From positions 253,984 to 317,983 of IMG/VR virus record IMGVR_UViG_3300027793_000052: a stretch of 64,000 nt of DNA; one strand, 5' to 3'. Positions 19,209 through 31,000 of the stretch are shown here, piece by piece (the stretch's first letter is position 1; each line of letters begins with the position of its first letter). The notes under the pieces are model-generated. The model saw only the letters and a program-made list of their open reading frames with translations, made no database searches and was not told the DNA's origin. The position numbers were made by a program, and so were the translations under genes.

Positions 19209-19699
19209 TGGTATCAGGAACGACTTCACATAAATTAGATGTAATTAGTACATACGATAACGTTAGACCTTTTAAAGTAGGTAATAGTGGTATTACTGAT
19301 GGTTTTGTATATGTCATAACTAATATAGATTACGTAGATCCTATACTACAAACTGGTTATACAAAGATTTATTACACAATAGGTGACATAGATTACGTAA
19401 CAACATATAGACCATCGACAAATCAATTTGATACTAAAACACATCCAACAACATTCTCAACTACCTCAAGTGGTTATGATTTTGAACCTTACTTATATGG
19501 TAATAGCCAATTAACTTTTGATGTAAAAGAAGAAGCAAAAATGGGGCTAGTTTTCCCACCAAAAGTAAACAACGAGCTATTTATAGAAAGAATGTCTGTA
19601 GCTGTTTTTGAGAGACATTCAAGATTGGCTGAAATCAAAAGTTTAGAAGGTTTAGTTGAATATAGAAACGGATATTATAATATAGTAGAAAATAGTTAA
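19208..19699 (+). CDS. Putative virion structural protein
   Basis: Coupled to the preceding gene; C-terminus LFIER...RLAEIKS...NGYYNI. Confidence 0.6.
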   Translation: MVSGTTSHKLDVISTYDNVRPFKVGNSGITDGFVYVITNIDYVDPILQTGYTKIYYTIGDIDYVTTYRPSTNQFDTKTHPTTFSTTSSGYDFEPYLYGNSQLTFDVKEEAKMGLVFPPKVNNELFIERMSVAVFERHSRLAEIKSLEGLVEYRNGYYNIVENS

Positions 19700-19708
19700 A
19701 AAAAAAAT

Positions 19709-20608
19709 ATGGCAACAGGACAATACGGGATAGTTAGGTCATCATCGGTTACACCATCAGATATGGATATATATTATACATATGCGCCATCAAGAGATGT
19801 TAGGCCCACAATTCCATTAACAGCGTTAGACCCTAATCAGGTTATATCAAGATTTAATGATCCAACAACTAACACAAACGGGACACCTTTATTTGATGGT
19901 CTATATAATTTAGAATTACCTGTAACACAGTTTTCAACTAAAGGTATTTATTCTATTGTTATAAAACCAAAAGAGGTTAGAACTAAAATTACTGATTGTG
20001 GTGTTTTAGCAGCTTTTCCTGATATTAAAGGTATTATTTTAGATTTAGATACTTTAGGTATACAAGATGCCGGATCTTTAATAGGATATCGTGTTGAATA
20101 TTATAACCAAAACAATGGTAGTAAGATACCTAATTTTTTTAGAATTATAACATCAGCAAACAGAACTGAAGCTATAAATACTAATCAATCAAACACAGTA
20201 CAAAAATCAGTTAAATATAGGTTTAATGATAACTCAAATTTAGTTTTTTGTACATTAACACCAAGTTCAGCACCTAATGTTAGACCAAATCAATTTCCAG
20301 ATATAGGTACACCAGGACAAGAAATATCTATAACCAATACATTCTTTAACCCAATTTTGTTGGAGGTTAATATGGTTGAACACGATATTGAAACATTGGC
20401 GTATGGTATATTTGGCAATCAAACCAAGTCAATTGTTGATGGTAAATATACTATTTACGATGAACAAAATCGTATATATAAACAATACAACTTATACGAA
20501 ATACAAGACCAATTTACTGGTGAACCTTTATACGAAGTTCGTCAAGAAGTTGATAATATTGATTTCACCAAAGATTTCAATACAATTACAAATGTACCAT
20601 TAGCCTAA
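19709..20608 (+). CDS. Putative virion structural protein
   Basis: 299 aa in the tail/baseplate operon; beta-rich. Confidence 0.6.
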   Translation: MATGQYGIVRSSSVTPSDMDIYYTYAPSRDVRPTIPLTALDPNQVISRFNDPTTNTNGTPLFDGLYNLELPVTQFSTKGIYSIVIKPKEVRTKITDCGVLAAFPDIKGIILDLDTLGIQDAGSLIGYRVEYYNQNNGSKIPNFFRIITSANRTEAINTNQSNTVQKSVKYRFNDNSNLVFCTLTPSSAPNVRPNQFPDIGTPGQEISITNTFFNPILLEVNMVEHDIETLAYGIFGNQTKSIVDGKYTIYDEQNRIYKQYNLYEIQDQFTGEPLYEVRQEVDNIDFTKDFNTITNVPLA

Positions 20609-23600
20609 TGTCAAACGTTAAAGTAGTACCTCGTTCACTAACTGATGCGTATAAAAGAAGAGAAGGTGATTTCTCACCAGATTTAGTTGGTTTACAATTC
20701 ACAAGCGGTGACGCATTTTTTACTTTTGGTAATTTTAATGTAACTACAAATGTAAGCCCCAGATTAAGTAAAGACTTTATTTTAGGTGGTGAGTGGTCGG
20801 AATACTACAATTTAGAAAATTTAAACTTAAGTCAGTCGGATTCAATAACTTTAGAAACGAATGATTTAAATATTTTTTTAAATTTTGACCCAAACAACAT
20901 TAGTAGGTATGTTTATTTTGGTTCTTTTTATGAACTCATTAGAGTTACATTAGAACAAATAATACAAAAATGGAAAGGTTCTATATATCTAAACCCTTTA
21001 TCTAAAACAAATATAGCTGTAAATACAGTATTATCTTTTCAGTATGACCAAATTAACGGTGTTGCATCTTTTTTAATACCTAAAAGTGTTATCAGTAACC
21101 CCTTCGAATTAATAGTAGATGACAATCAAGATTTTGTTGATTTAAAACCTGACGAGATATTTAATCTTTCTAGAGATTATTCAAAATATGTTATAGAAAT
21201 AAATGGTAATCAGTTTCCTGTTGTTGGCTACACAGGATCAACCACAAATTATTCATATATAAGAATAAATACTAAAGGTAATCCTTTCACACAATTATCA
21301 GGATCAACCTTTGGTTCATTAACTTATCATTTAAAACCTAATAATAATGAAGTTAATTTATTTTTTGAAGAACTAACTGATTTTGAAAATTTAATACTAA
21401 ATAGAATGACTGTACCTCAGTACACTTGTTCTTTTTTAGTACCATCTGAGGTTGATGGTTTTATATCTTTTTCAAACAAAAATTTCACATGGCCAGTATC
21501 GGATGGTTACAATATAGATATAAACACAAACGAATATAGTTTATATGTTGAAAAAATATTACAAACGGCAAAAGATTTTGATTTATATAAAACAGATTTA
21601 GTATCTAGAAGATTTGTTTCGGAATCAATTCACGAATATGATACAGATGGTGGTGGACAAGAAATTTATGGAAGAAAAGTTAATAAACTTTTAAAAATAT
21701 ATGGTAGAGAATTTGATGAGGTTAAAAAATACATAGATGGTATTTCTTTTGCTAATGTGGTTACTTACGACAAGTTGGATAATACGGCTGATGAATTAAT
21801 TAAGATAATGGCTAAAACATTAGGTTTTGATGTTTTACTAACCGTTGGAACTGACAATTTTAACTTAAAAGAAATAACGGACAAACCACTAACAACAGTA
21901 TTTAGTGGACAATCTATGGGATTATCGACTAAAGAATTGGATGTAGAACTTTGGAGAAGATTGGTTATAAACGCGTGGTGGTTATGGAAATCTAAGGGTA
22001 CCAGAAAAGTTATAGAATTTTTCTTTAGTTTATTTAATATACCACAATGTATGTTATCGTTAAATGAATTTGTTTATTTAGCTGAAAATAGATTAAATAC
22101 TGTAGAAATATATGAAATATTAGCTAATTTATATGGTGGTATAGAAAATGTTGATTTAACCGTTATACCTATGGATGATTTTGGATTCCCATCAAAGTTA
22201 CCAACAACAACAGATAATTATTTTCAAATGGACGGTTTTTGGTATAATGGTGGTAGTGAAAGTACTATTGGTAACAACCCACATATAGGACCATACGATT
22301 ACGGTAAAAAATATTTTAACCAATATGAATGTTTTATTGATAGTACAGTGTTACAAGGTTTACGAAATACTACTGTTACTGTACCTAAAACTGAAAATTT
22401 ATTTAACAATTATAACAAAGGTACTTTTTCTGTAGATACAGAGTTAGGCTTACCTATACCTTATTATGGTTCTGATTATGCTAATGTATTAAATAATAAC
22501 GGACAAGTAAATAACGCAACTGTAACATCAGCGGGTTTAACAGAACCAAAAACAATATACGCACCACCAATAGAACAAGAGGGTAGTCAAACATTTATGG
22601 GTTTAACGTTTGAAACTAATTCAGATGTATGTAATCTTTGTCCAGAAATTTTTTACGGTGAAGACGGTATTGTTTATAATTTAAACGATAAAAAACCTAT
22701 AACAGATGAAAAATGTTGTATGGGTACTTGGTTGGCAAGTGTACCAACTGAAACAACACCCCCTATAGTATGTCCACCATCTAAAGATGTGTTGGTAAAT
22801 CAAAACGATAGGCTTGTAAAAGCTATTATTAATTGTTATTCTAATACTTCTTTAACTTTAGAACAAAAAGACACTTGTTACAACCAAGTTTATACACAGT
22901 ACGGATCAAACCCACCTTGTGCTGTTGGTATGGTTTCAGGCCAATCAATAATAGGTATACCTAAAGATTGTTGTAATAAAGATAATTTAGGTTTTGATGT
23001 GTATTGGGATGGTAGTTTTTGTTATCAAAAAGAATGTTATGTTAAGTTACAAACAGGTTTAAATTGTAGTGATAATTTAATAATAACAAGTGATAGTATA
23101 AAATGTCAGGCAAGTAAACTTTTAGAATGTGTTGATTGTGACAGTGAATTTGTTTATCAATCCGCGAATTTATTTAGAGAACAACCAAACAAAAATTTAG
23201 GATTAATTGATTTGGTTAATTCTTACACTTGTTATTGGTGTCAACCTGAAAATTACATAACTAAAATTTGTGATGCTAGAAGTTTTGTGAACGGACTAAC
23301 TCAACAAGAAATTAACGATTTATATATTAAAATATTTGGACCAATAGGTGAGGCTTCAGATTCAATTATTAAAGAAAAGGTTAATAACGCTTTAACAAGT
23401 TCAATCAAAAATTATGGTTGTTTATTAATATCAAAAAATGGTGAATTTATTGTTGATAATAATTGTTGTAAATTAAGGGGTGGTAATTATGTTAATGGTT
23501 ACTGTTTTAAACCACAAGATGATCCTTGTAATACGGCACAAGTAAATAGTAGTCATGTATTTGTAGATGATAAAGGTAATTTATTATCACAAAATTGTTG

Positions 23601-24552
23601 TACAAAATACGGTAGTTGGACTTTTGGTTCTATAAATATAGTTTCTAATGGTACAATTTTAACGGATAGTTTAGGATCTTCATTCGCTAATTCATTGGGT
23701 GAAAAATATTATTGTTCAGCATGTCCTCAAAACATAACAATATATAACGGAACAGAAGTTAGAGACAATTCAACAAATCAAAGTTTAACATCACAATGTT
23801 GTGTTGATTATGGTTATGAATGGAATGGGACTATATGTGTTGTAAAAACGCCTACAGATGGTGGTGGTACAGGTATTGACACTGGTGGTAATACCACAGC
23901 AGGTGAGGCTGAATTATGTTTAAAAGATTGTATCATAACTTATGAACCCACAGGAACTAAATGTGAGGATGCTCTGTTACAATTGTTAGAAATGAATAGA
24001 ATATTAGTTAAGGGTTGGGGTTGTTTACAAAAAGTATATGAAGAACAAACATATTATCAATTAACTAATAATCCATTATATAGAAATAAGATATACAATT
24101 TTAACAACACTACTTTTAAAACTGTTGATGAGTTAATTGACCTATTGAATAATATGTTACAAACATATTATAATTATTTAGAAGATTATATACCAAACGC
24201 TACATTCCCAAATGATATTAAAAATAACGGTGCTTTCACTTGTGACATAACAATTATGAATAGTTTCTATAACGACTATACTGTAGCCGGACTTAATGAA
24301 TTTTGTTCTATAGATGTGTTTACAAGTTATGCCGGTAATCTACTACCAGTGGATGATCCAATTAATGATGGATGGGATTATGTTGAGGCGATAGATTATT
24401 TGTTAGCTTTAAACTCTTCAGGTAGTTGGGTTGTTTTAAAAAGTAATGAACAAATACCAACAGTACCTTTAACCAACACAAATCAAAACTGTGTAGTACC
24501 AACTTATGATGAGTTAATTTTACAACCATATTTTCCAATAAGTAACGGATAA
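20608..24552 (+). CDS. Large baseplate/tail protein with Cys-rich C-terminal half
   Basis: WLWKSKGTRKVIEFF resembles the KGT motif of baseplate wedge gp7 / tail protein I; CC repeats in the C-terminal half. Confidence 0.65.
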   Translation: MSNVKVVPRSLTDAYKRREGDFSPDLVGLQFTSGDAFFTFGNFNVTTNVSPRLSKDFILGGEWSEYYNLENLNLSQSDSITLETNDLNIFLNFDPNNISRYVYFGSFYELIRVTLEQIIQKWKGSIYLNPLSKTNIAVNTVLSFQYDQINGVASFLIPKSVISNPFELIVDDNQDFVDLKPDEIFNLSRDYSKYVIEINGNQFPVVGYTGSTTNYSYIRINTKGNPFTQLSGSTFGSLTYHLKPNNNEVNLFFEELTDFENLILNRMTVPQYTCSFLVPSEVDGFISFSNKNFTWPVSDGYNIDINTNEYSLYVEKILQTAKDFDLYKTDLVSRRFVSESIHEYDTDGGGQEIYGRKVNKLLKIYGREFDEVKKYIDGISFANVVTYDKLDNTADELIKIMAKTLGFDVLLTVGTDNFNLKEITDKPLTTVFSGQSMGLSTKELDVELWRRLVINAWWLWKSKGTRKVIEFFFSLFNIPQCMLSLNEFVYLAENRLNTVEIYEILANLYGGIENVDLTVIPMDDFGFPSKLPTTTDNYFQMDGFWYNGGSESTIGNNPHIGPYDYGKKYFNQYECFIDSTVLQGLRNTTVTVPKTENLFNNYNKGTFSVDTELGLPIPYYGSDYANVLNNNGQVNNATVTSAGLTEPKTIYAPPIEQEGSQTFMGLTFETNSDVCNLCPEIFYGEDGIVYNLNDKKPITDEKCCMGTWLASVPTETTPPIVCPPSKDVLVNQNDRLVKAIINCYSNTSLTLEQKDTCYNQVYTQYGSNPPCAVGMVSGQSIIGIPKDCCNKDNLGFDVYWDGSFCYQKECYVKLQTGLNCSDNLIITSDSIKCQASKLLECVDCDSEFVYQSANLFREQPNKNLGLIDLVNSYTCYWCQPENYITKICDARSFVNGLTQQEINDLYIKIFGPIGEASDSIIKEKVNNALTSSIKNYGCLLISKNGEFIVDNNCCKLRGGNYVNGYCFKPQDDPCNTAQVNSSHVFVDDKGNLLSQNCCTKYGSWTFGSINIVSNGTILTDSLGSSFANSLGEKYYCSACPQNITIYNGTEVRDNSTNQSLTSQCCVDYGYEWNGTICVVKTPTDGGGTGIDTGGNTTAGEAELCLKDCIITYEPTGTKCEDALLQLLEMNRILVKGWGCLQKVYEEQTYYQLTNNPLYRNKIYNFNNTTFKTVDELIDLLNNMLQTYYNYLEDYIPNATFPNDIKNNGAFTCDITIMNSFYNDYTVAGLNEFCSIDVFTSYAGNLLPVDDPINDGWDYVEAIDYLLALNSSGSWVVLKSNEQIPTVPLTNTNQNCVVPTYDELILQPYFPISNG

Positions 24553-24586
24553 AAACGTAAATAAAAATAATTATATATAAAAGATA

Positions 24587-26449
24587 ATGGCTTTAAGACC
24601 TATAACTAGTTTAAATACCGAAAATCAAATATTAGGATGTTTAAATCCTTTAGCGACTAACTATCGTGAGGTTCAAAACCCTAATGGTATTAATCCTGAA
24701 GTTATAATTGTTGAACCTCATTTTTGGTTTATTGAAGGTACAACAACAAAGGCTAAAATATGGGACACAAACCAAAATAGTTATAAAATTTATAACATAG
24801 TAGAAAGTACACCAACAAGGTGTCAATATGTTAATACGGTTGAAGGGTGTAAAGATCCTTTGGCCTATAACTATAATAGTAAGGCAACAAAAAGTTGTGT
24901 TAATTGTTGTACATACGTTAATCAAAACATCAATGTATCAAACCAAAGAGTTTCTGAAGCACCAGAAATAATACAACCAGCCTGTTCTTTAGTTGGTGTT
25001 ACAACCAAAAATTATCTATCAACACAAATATTGGTGGATAGTAACGGTGTGGATTTAAGTAAAGTTTGTTGTGAAAAACTAGCTAGTGATTATTCCATGA
25101 CTTGGGTGTACGATACTAACACAAGTAAATGTTTTATAAACGATGATTTTAAAAATATAGACACTACAACTAATAGTGATTGTTTACCTGTTATATTTTC
25201 ATTGAATGAAAAACCAATGGGTATTACTTGTGAAAGTGAATTAACAATAAATTTATGGTTATATGTGGGTAAACCGAAAAAAGAAGAATGTTATAACAAC
25301 GGAGACCCAATATCTGCTAGAATAAAAATAAGTGATGATACTTTAAATAACGCTTTAACACAAATCAACCAATATAATGCAAATGTAAGTGGTTTTGATA
25401 CTTGGGTAAAATTAGAAGCCACACTACCACCCACACCAACTACAGTGGAGTTTACTGTTGACATAGAATTTTATGCCGGTTTAAATTGTTGTTGTACTTA
25501 TGATATTTTTGTTGATAATATAGAAGTTTTATGTAATAGTCAAATAATTCAAACTTCGGATAGGTTAAGTGGTAGAGATTGTCCTGGTTTTAAATTAAAA
25601 AGAGTAATAGATAATAAAAAGTCTTGGGTTTATAACCCTGGATTACCTGAAGTTGGTATCTCAGAGTATGATGACATAGAAAGAGAAGATGGATCTTTTG
25701 GTTTACTAAATGGTGAGGGTACTATAAATAGAACGTTTGCACCTAGTTTAGATGCTGAATTACCTTGGAGGTATACAGATTATTGGATACAATCTAGTGT
25801 AAAAGAAAAACATAGTAATTTAGTTTTAAACACTAAAGAACTTGAATTAACATTTGATATGTGCGCTGACTGCCCAATTAGTGGTACATCATTTACATGT
25901 CCTAATGGTTTTACTTTATCCGCCGGTACAACTGTTTGTTATAACATGACGGGTACGACTAGTGCAACTTCTATAACTACGGTAACTTATTTAAGTTTAT
26001 ACAATTTAGAAAACTATAAAAAACAATTCCAAAGTTTTTGGATACCTTTTATGGAACAGTTTATACCAGCAACAACAATATGGGTCGCTGGTGAAAGATG
26101 GTGTAATGAACCTTGTACTATTATAAATCCTTGTGATTATGATTTTGAGTTGGTGGAAGCTGAAGTTAGTATAGAAACAACCCCAAGTATCAAAGAACCA
26201 ACTGGTGGTGTAAGACCCAAACCTAAAAAGGTACCTAGTTTTTACGAAAATATACAACTAGTATCTACAGACACTACATCATACGCTGAAAGACTTATAA
26301 ATCCACCTAATATTGTACAGATAGAAGATGTCGGTCTTATCAGATTCAAACCTTTATTTAGAACGTTTGATGATTTATCTATTGTAAATAAATTAGAACA
26401 GTATAAACAAAGATTTACGGCTGTTACTACTAAACAAATTATTGAATAA
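24587..26449 (+). CDS. Cys-rich virion protein with GCxDPxAxNY repeats
   Basis: GCLNPLATNY, GCKDPLAYNYNSKAT; C-terminal EQFIPATTIW. Confidence 0.6.
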   Translation: MALRPITSLNTENQILGCLNPLATNYREVQNPNGINPEVIIVEPHFWFIEGTTTKAKIWDTNQNSYKIYNIVESTPTRCQYVNTVEGCKDPLAYNYNSKATKSCVNCCTYVNQNINVSNQRVSEAPEIIQPACSLVGVTTKNYLSTQILVDSNGVDLSKVCCEKLASDYSMTWVYDTNTSKCFINDDFKNIDTTTNSDCLPVIFSLNEKPMGITCESELTINLWLYVGKPKKEECYNNGDPISARIKISDDTLNNALTQINQYNANVSGFDTWVKLEATLPPTPTTVEFTVDIEFYAGLNCCCTYDIFVDNIEVLCNSQIIQTSDRLSGRDCPGFKLKRVIDNKKSWVYNPGLPEVGISEYDDIEREDGSFGLLNGEGTINRTFAPSLDAELPWRYTDYWIQSSVKEKHSNLVLNTKELELTFDMCADCPISGTSFTCPNGFTLSAGTTVCYNMTGTTSATSITTVTYLSLYNLENYKKQFQSFWIPFMEQFIPATTIWVAGERWCNEPCTIINPCDYDFELVEAEVSIETTPSIKEPTGGVRPKPKKVPSFYENIQLVSTDTTSYAERLINPPNIVQIEDVGLIRFKPLFRTFDDLSIVNKLEQYKQRFTAVTTKQIIE

Positions 26450-26456
26450 TATTGTA

Positions 26457-28070
26457 ATGGGATTTTTATGTTCAGACGAAGAAAGTAAGAAAAAAGTACC
26501 GATAAAAGACTTGGCTGATGTTATAACATCCCGTGATTTGGGTTTAAATAATGTTTATAACTTAAACCCTAATGTTAATGTTTGTTCTGAGACATTCTTA
26601 AGTCCACAATATTATGTTACAGGAGCAACTAGTAATGTAGCTTTAGGGATGAGTGGAACAACACCAGTATCATTAAGTTTGACAGGTTGCACTACAGGAT
26701 CAACAGCTGTTTATAATTTAAATTACACACCAAATTTCAACATTAAATTTTTTCTAACAGGTAACACAGAATACACAGGTTATACTGGTAGTTTATGTTA
26801 TAATATTTTTAATCAAAATAAATTTAACACGACTAAAAGTAATGATGTACTTACTAGGTCTACATCTATTTTAAGAAATTGTGCACCTTATAAATTTATA
26901 CCAACAGGATTTACTATAACACAAAATTTTGAGGAAGGTAGATTACCTAAAACATGGTCACAATATTTAATAAGACCTTATTATACTTTTGTAAGTAAAA
27001 CTTGTAATGAAGGTGTTTTATTTAATACTTGGGATAGTACAACACAAGAAAATACATTCTCTAAAGGTGATTATTATTTTGTAACAGTTGTGGATCCACC
27101 AACTCCAATATTAGCACCACCAGAAGATGAACCAATACCACAATACAATTTTGTACAAGATTTATTATTAAAAAATGGTGTCTCAGGACCACAAGGACCA
27201 CAGGCTATAAATGGTACTTTAAATTATTTTATTTTGAGGTGGAGACCAATAGACACCAGTTCAGTTATGGTATTTGTTAATGGTGTTAAATTAACAAACG
27301 GTTATGACTATACACTTATTAGTAGAGGTTTTACATTACCACCAATAGTGGTTTTTAATTTTTCACTAAACAGTACTGATTGGGTTGTGGCTAATTATAT
27401 GGCTGGTACCACTGACGCAACACTTAATGTAGACTTTAGTAAATATTTTGTCAATACACTGGTAGTACAAAATATAACAGTGGATACTAATCCAGGTTAT
27501 GTTGTCACGTTAAACAATAACACAATAACTGGTAAACAAGAATTTTATTGTTCACAACCAATATCTAAAGATGATGCAATAATAGTATTTGTTAACGGTG
27601 TCGAATTAGTTCAAAATCAACAATTTTTCTTAAGTACGTCACAAGATAACAGAATTATATTTAATAATTTAGCACCTATTGTTTTAGGTGATGTTATTTC
27701 CATTTTTGCAGTTTCACCTAATTTTATATTTGGAGGCAATAATTACGGCAGTTTAGATAAAAATGAATTTAGTGTACAATGGGGATCAGTACCAGAGTTA
27801 CCCGAAAATGTCAGTGGTAAATTTATAGTTCAGATATTTGATGATAATGACATAACAAATACCGTTTTATATCAACAACAGACAAATTTTGTTGAGGGTT
27901 TAACGAATTATGTTTTAACGTTTAATAGTTTAGCTGTTAATATATATTATAGATTTAGGGTTACATTTGAAACTACGTACACAACATATTTAAATAATCA
28001 AATTACCACATGTTCATATGCTGAAGGTTATTTTGATACGGTAAATGAATATATTAACAATACATATTAA
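26457..28070 (+). CDS. Putative tail/baseplate protein with two VFVNGV beta domains
   Basis: VMVFVNGVKL...DY and IIVFVNGVEL...QF; alternative TTG start 26442. Confidence 0.6.
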   Translation: MGFLCSDEESKKKVPIKDLADVITSRDLGLNNVYNLNPNVNVCSETFLSPQYYVTGATSNVALGMSGTTPVSLSLTGCTTGSTAVYNLNYTPNFNIKFFLTGNTEYTGYTGSLCYNIFNQNKFNTTKSNDVLTRSTSILRNCAPYKFIPTGFTITQNFEEGRLPKTWSQYLIRPYYTFVSKTCNEGVLFNTWDSTTQENTFSKGDYYFVTVVDPPTPILAPPEDEPIPQYNFVQDLLLKNGVSGPQGPQAINGTLNYFILRWRPIDTSSVMVFVNGVKLTNGYDYTLISRGFTLPPIVVFNFSLNSTDWVVANYMAGTTDATLNVDFSKYFVNTLVVQNITVDTNPGYVVTLNNNTITGKQEFYCSQPISKDDAIIVFVNGVELVQNQQFFLSTSQDNRIIFNNLAPIVLGDVISIFAVSPNFIFGGNNYGSLDKNEFSVQWGSVPELPENVSGKFIVQIFDDNDITNTVLYQQQTNFVEGLTNYVLTFNSLAVNIYYRFRVTFETTYTTYLNNQITTCSYAEGYFDTVNEYINNTY

Positions 28071-31000
28071 TGGCTAACGAATCAATAAGGATAAGAACAA
28101 CACCTGGTGATAATAAAAACATCAGGTTCAAACTTGATCAAGAGTTTGATTTTTTAGAAATTTTAAGTCTTAAGATAACACAAGAAGACCTATATCAACC
28201 ATTTTGCGCTGATTACGGTGTTGTAGTTGGTCGTGTAATTGCGAACAAAGGTTTTGGGGTACCTAACGCTAAAGTATCAATATTTGTACCCATAACAGAT
28301 GAAGATGAAAAAAATCTTTTAATTAAAAATTTCTACCCATTTAAAACACCCTACCAAAAAAACAGTGATGGTATTAGATATAATTTACTATTATCCAAAC
28401 CAACTTGTAGTTTAAATGTGGGTGTAGGTACGTTTCCAAATAAAGAGGATATGTTAGATAATGATACCGTGTTAGAAGTTTTTGACAAGTATTATAAATA
28501 TACAACTAAAACTAATGACGCTGGTGATTATATGATTTTTGGCGTACCTGTAGGACAACACACGGTTCATATGGATGTTGATTTATCAGATATCGGTGCG
28601 GTAAGTATTAGACCTTATGATATGATATCTGAAGGTTTTCCTGAAAAATTATTTAAATCTAAAACAGAGTTTAAAACATCAACCAATTTAGATTCTTTAC
28701 CACAAATAAAGGTTGGTGATAAAGGTATAGAGGTTATACCTTTTTGGGGTGATCCTGACACTTGTGAGTTTGGTATAACTAGGGTTGATTTTGATACAAA
28801 CGTACAAATAAATAGTACAGCATTATTTTTTGGTTCTATATTTACCGATTCGGGTAAGATGTCACTTAACCTAGGTTGTAACCCAAAAAATGATCAGGGT
28901 GAACAAGATAATTTTAAAACTGGTGCTGGTATCATAAGAATGATTAGGGCTAAGCAATATGATATATCAGAGTGGGTTAATAACGATAAAATAGTACCAA
29001 TAGAATTAGAAAATTTTGATATTGACGGTGGTGAGTTAATAGACGATGATGGTGTGTTTGCTTTTACATTACCAATGAATATTGGACATGTTATAACAGA
29101 CGAGTTTGGTAATTTAGTACCCTCAAACAATCCTTCTATTGGTGTTGCTACTAAAGGTATGTACAGGTTTAAAATGAATTTTATTGAACCGAATGAAAAC
29201 CCTAAAATTAGAACTGCTCACATGTTGTTCCCTAGTTTTGGTAGGGATTTTGACGGTACTTTAGGTGGTGTAAATGGTGCCGGAATACTTGGTGGTACAG
29301 AAGATCAAAGATTTAATACAAATATAACAACTTATAAAGATATTGATAAAGATTTTCATTTATTTGAGTTTAAACAATTATATACGATAGCTCATTATAT
29401 TAAAAAATATAAAAAAGGTATTAACAGGTTTAGTTTTTTAGGTATAAAAAATACAGACGTATCAACACAAACAAACCCATTTCCTTTCACCAATGCTATA
29501 TGGAAATTTAACCTGATGTATTATATCAACGCACTTTTTATTGATATAACATCTTTTATCTTAAAATTTTTGACCATATTGACTAGTATTTGTTTTGGTT
29601 TTTGTTTAAACCTTGTTGTAAAAATACCGGCAGAATTAATTTCTTTTACTGTCCCCGTTATAGATGTAACAATAAAAATACCAAAAAACGATATTATTTT
29701 ATTTAAATTTGGTATTTGTATATCTATATGCCCCTTTAAGTGGATTACAAACTTATTACCACAATTACCTAGTGGTGGTAGAGGTTTTACTTTAAATTGT
29801 GAAACAGTACCAAGTGGTGAAATAGAAATAGATTTACAAAGTTGTTCTGCAGATGCTTGTTGCGGTCAACAAACTGAAGTTTTTAAATTTGAAGGTGGTG
29901 TAGGAAAATGTCCTGCAGGATCAAACTGTTATCAAAGTTGTCTTAATAACGAAACATTTATTGACGGTTGTTTTAAACCTGACAATATATCATCTTTACC
30001 CTGTATTAATGATATTGAGACTTGGAAATGTTGTGCTAAGGTAAGTTTAGCTGAAGATTTAAATTTAATTAGGAGAGTGTTTTTTGATGCTTGGGTGTTG
30101 GGTACGGCCTATTTATTTCAATTTAAGTATAAAAGAAAAGTTAATAAAAAAACCGGTAAAGTTAAAAAAGAAAAGTTTTGTGGACCTGGTTCTGATACAA
30201 CAAGGGGTGATAACTATAAAAAAAATAAATGTTGTTTAGACTCTGGTAATGGTAATGATTGTGATAGATGTTTATTGAGAGGTCCTGGCCAAACTAAATC
30301 TAGATCGTATTTCGGTATACAAGATTACCATGAAAAATTCCATAACGCAACACCAACTGGAGCAGATGATATAGAGGATATTATTTATTGTAACGCTTTG
30401 ATGCCTACAAAAATTGTTTCATTAGGCCGTGTAGAAATGTGTGAAGATAATTTAACACAAATAGAAAATTCTATAAATGCTTCAAGAGCTATATCTAAAT
30501 ATACACAAGGACATGACTTTTTTACTGGTACTTATAATGAAAGTGGTTGGGATTTAGGTTATTGGGTGGATTATTTAAAAGAAACTTCATATGAAGATCC
30601 TAGAGAAGTTATTGATTATTTGGCCAGTAAAAGAAATTGTAATTTAGATCCTATGTTTTATGGAGGTATTGGTTGTCATGAAAGGGAAATGCAAGACCAA
30701 GAATTTTTTCTTATGAAAGAAATTTCCAAAATATACACTGATATAATAACAGCACCCAAACCTGTTGGATCTGATTTTACAGACGTTTTTGAACCCGCAG
30801 GTGGTTTTGTAAATCCTTTAGCTAATTTACCGGCTATAGACATATCGACAAGTGGTGGTACTGCTGGTGATTCTGGGTTTGAAGTTGATTTGGAAGTTGG
30901 TAACAGATTTAGTCCTTGCGGTTCCAACGGTAACTGTAATCCTGGTTCTAATTGGACTACTACATGGTTAGACCCTAATGACGATTCTGCTAATAATTTT

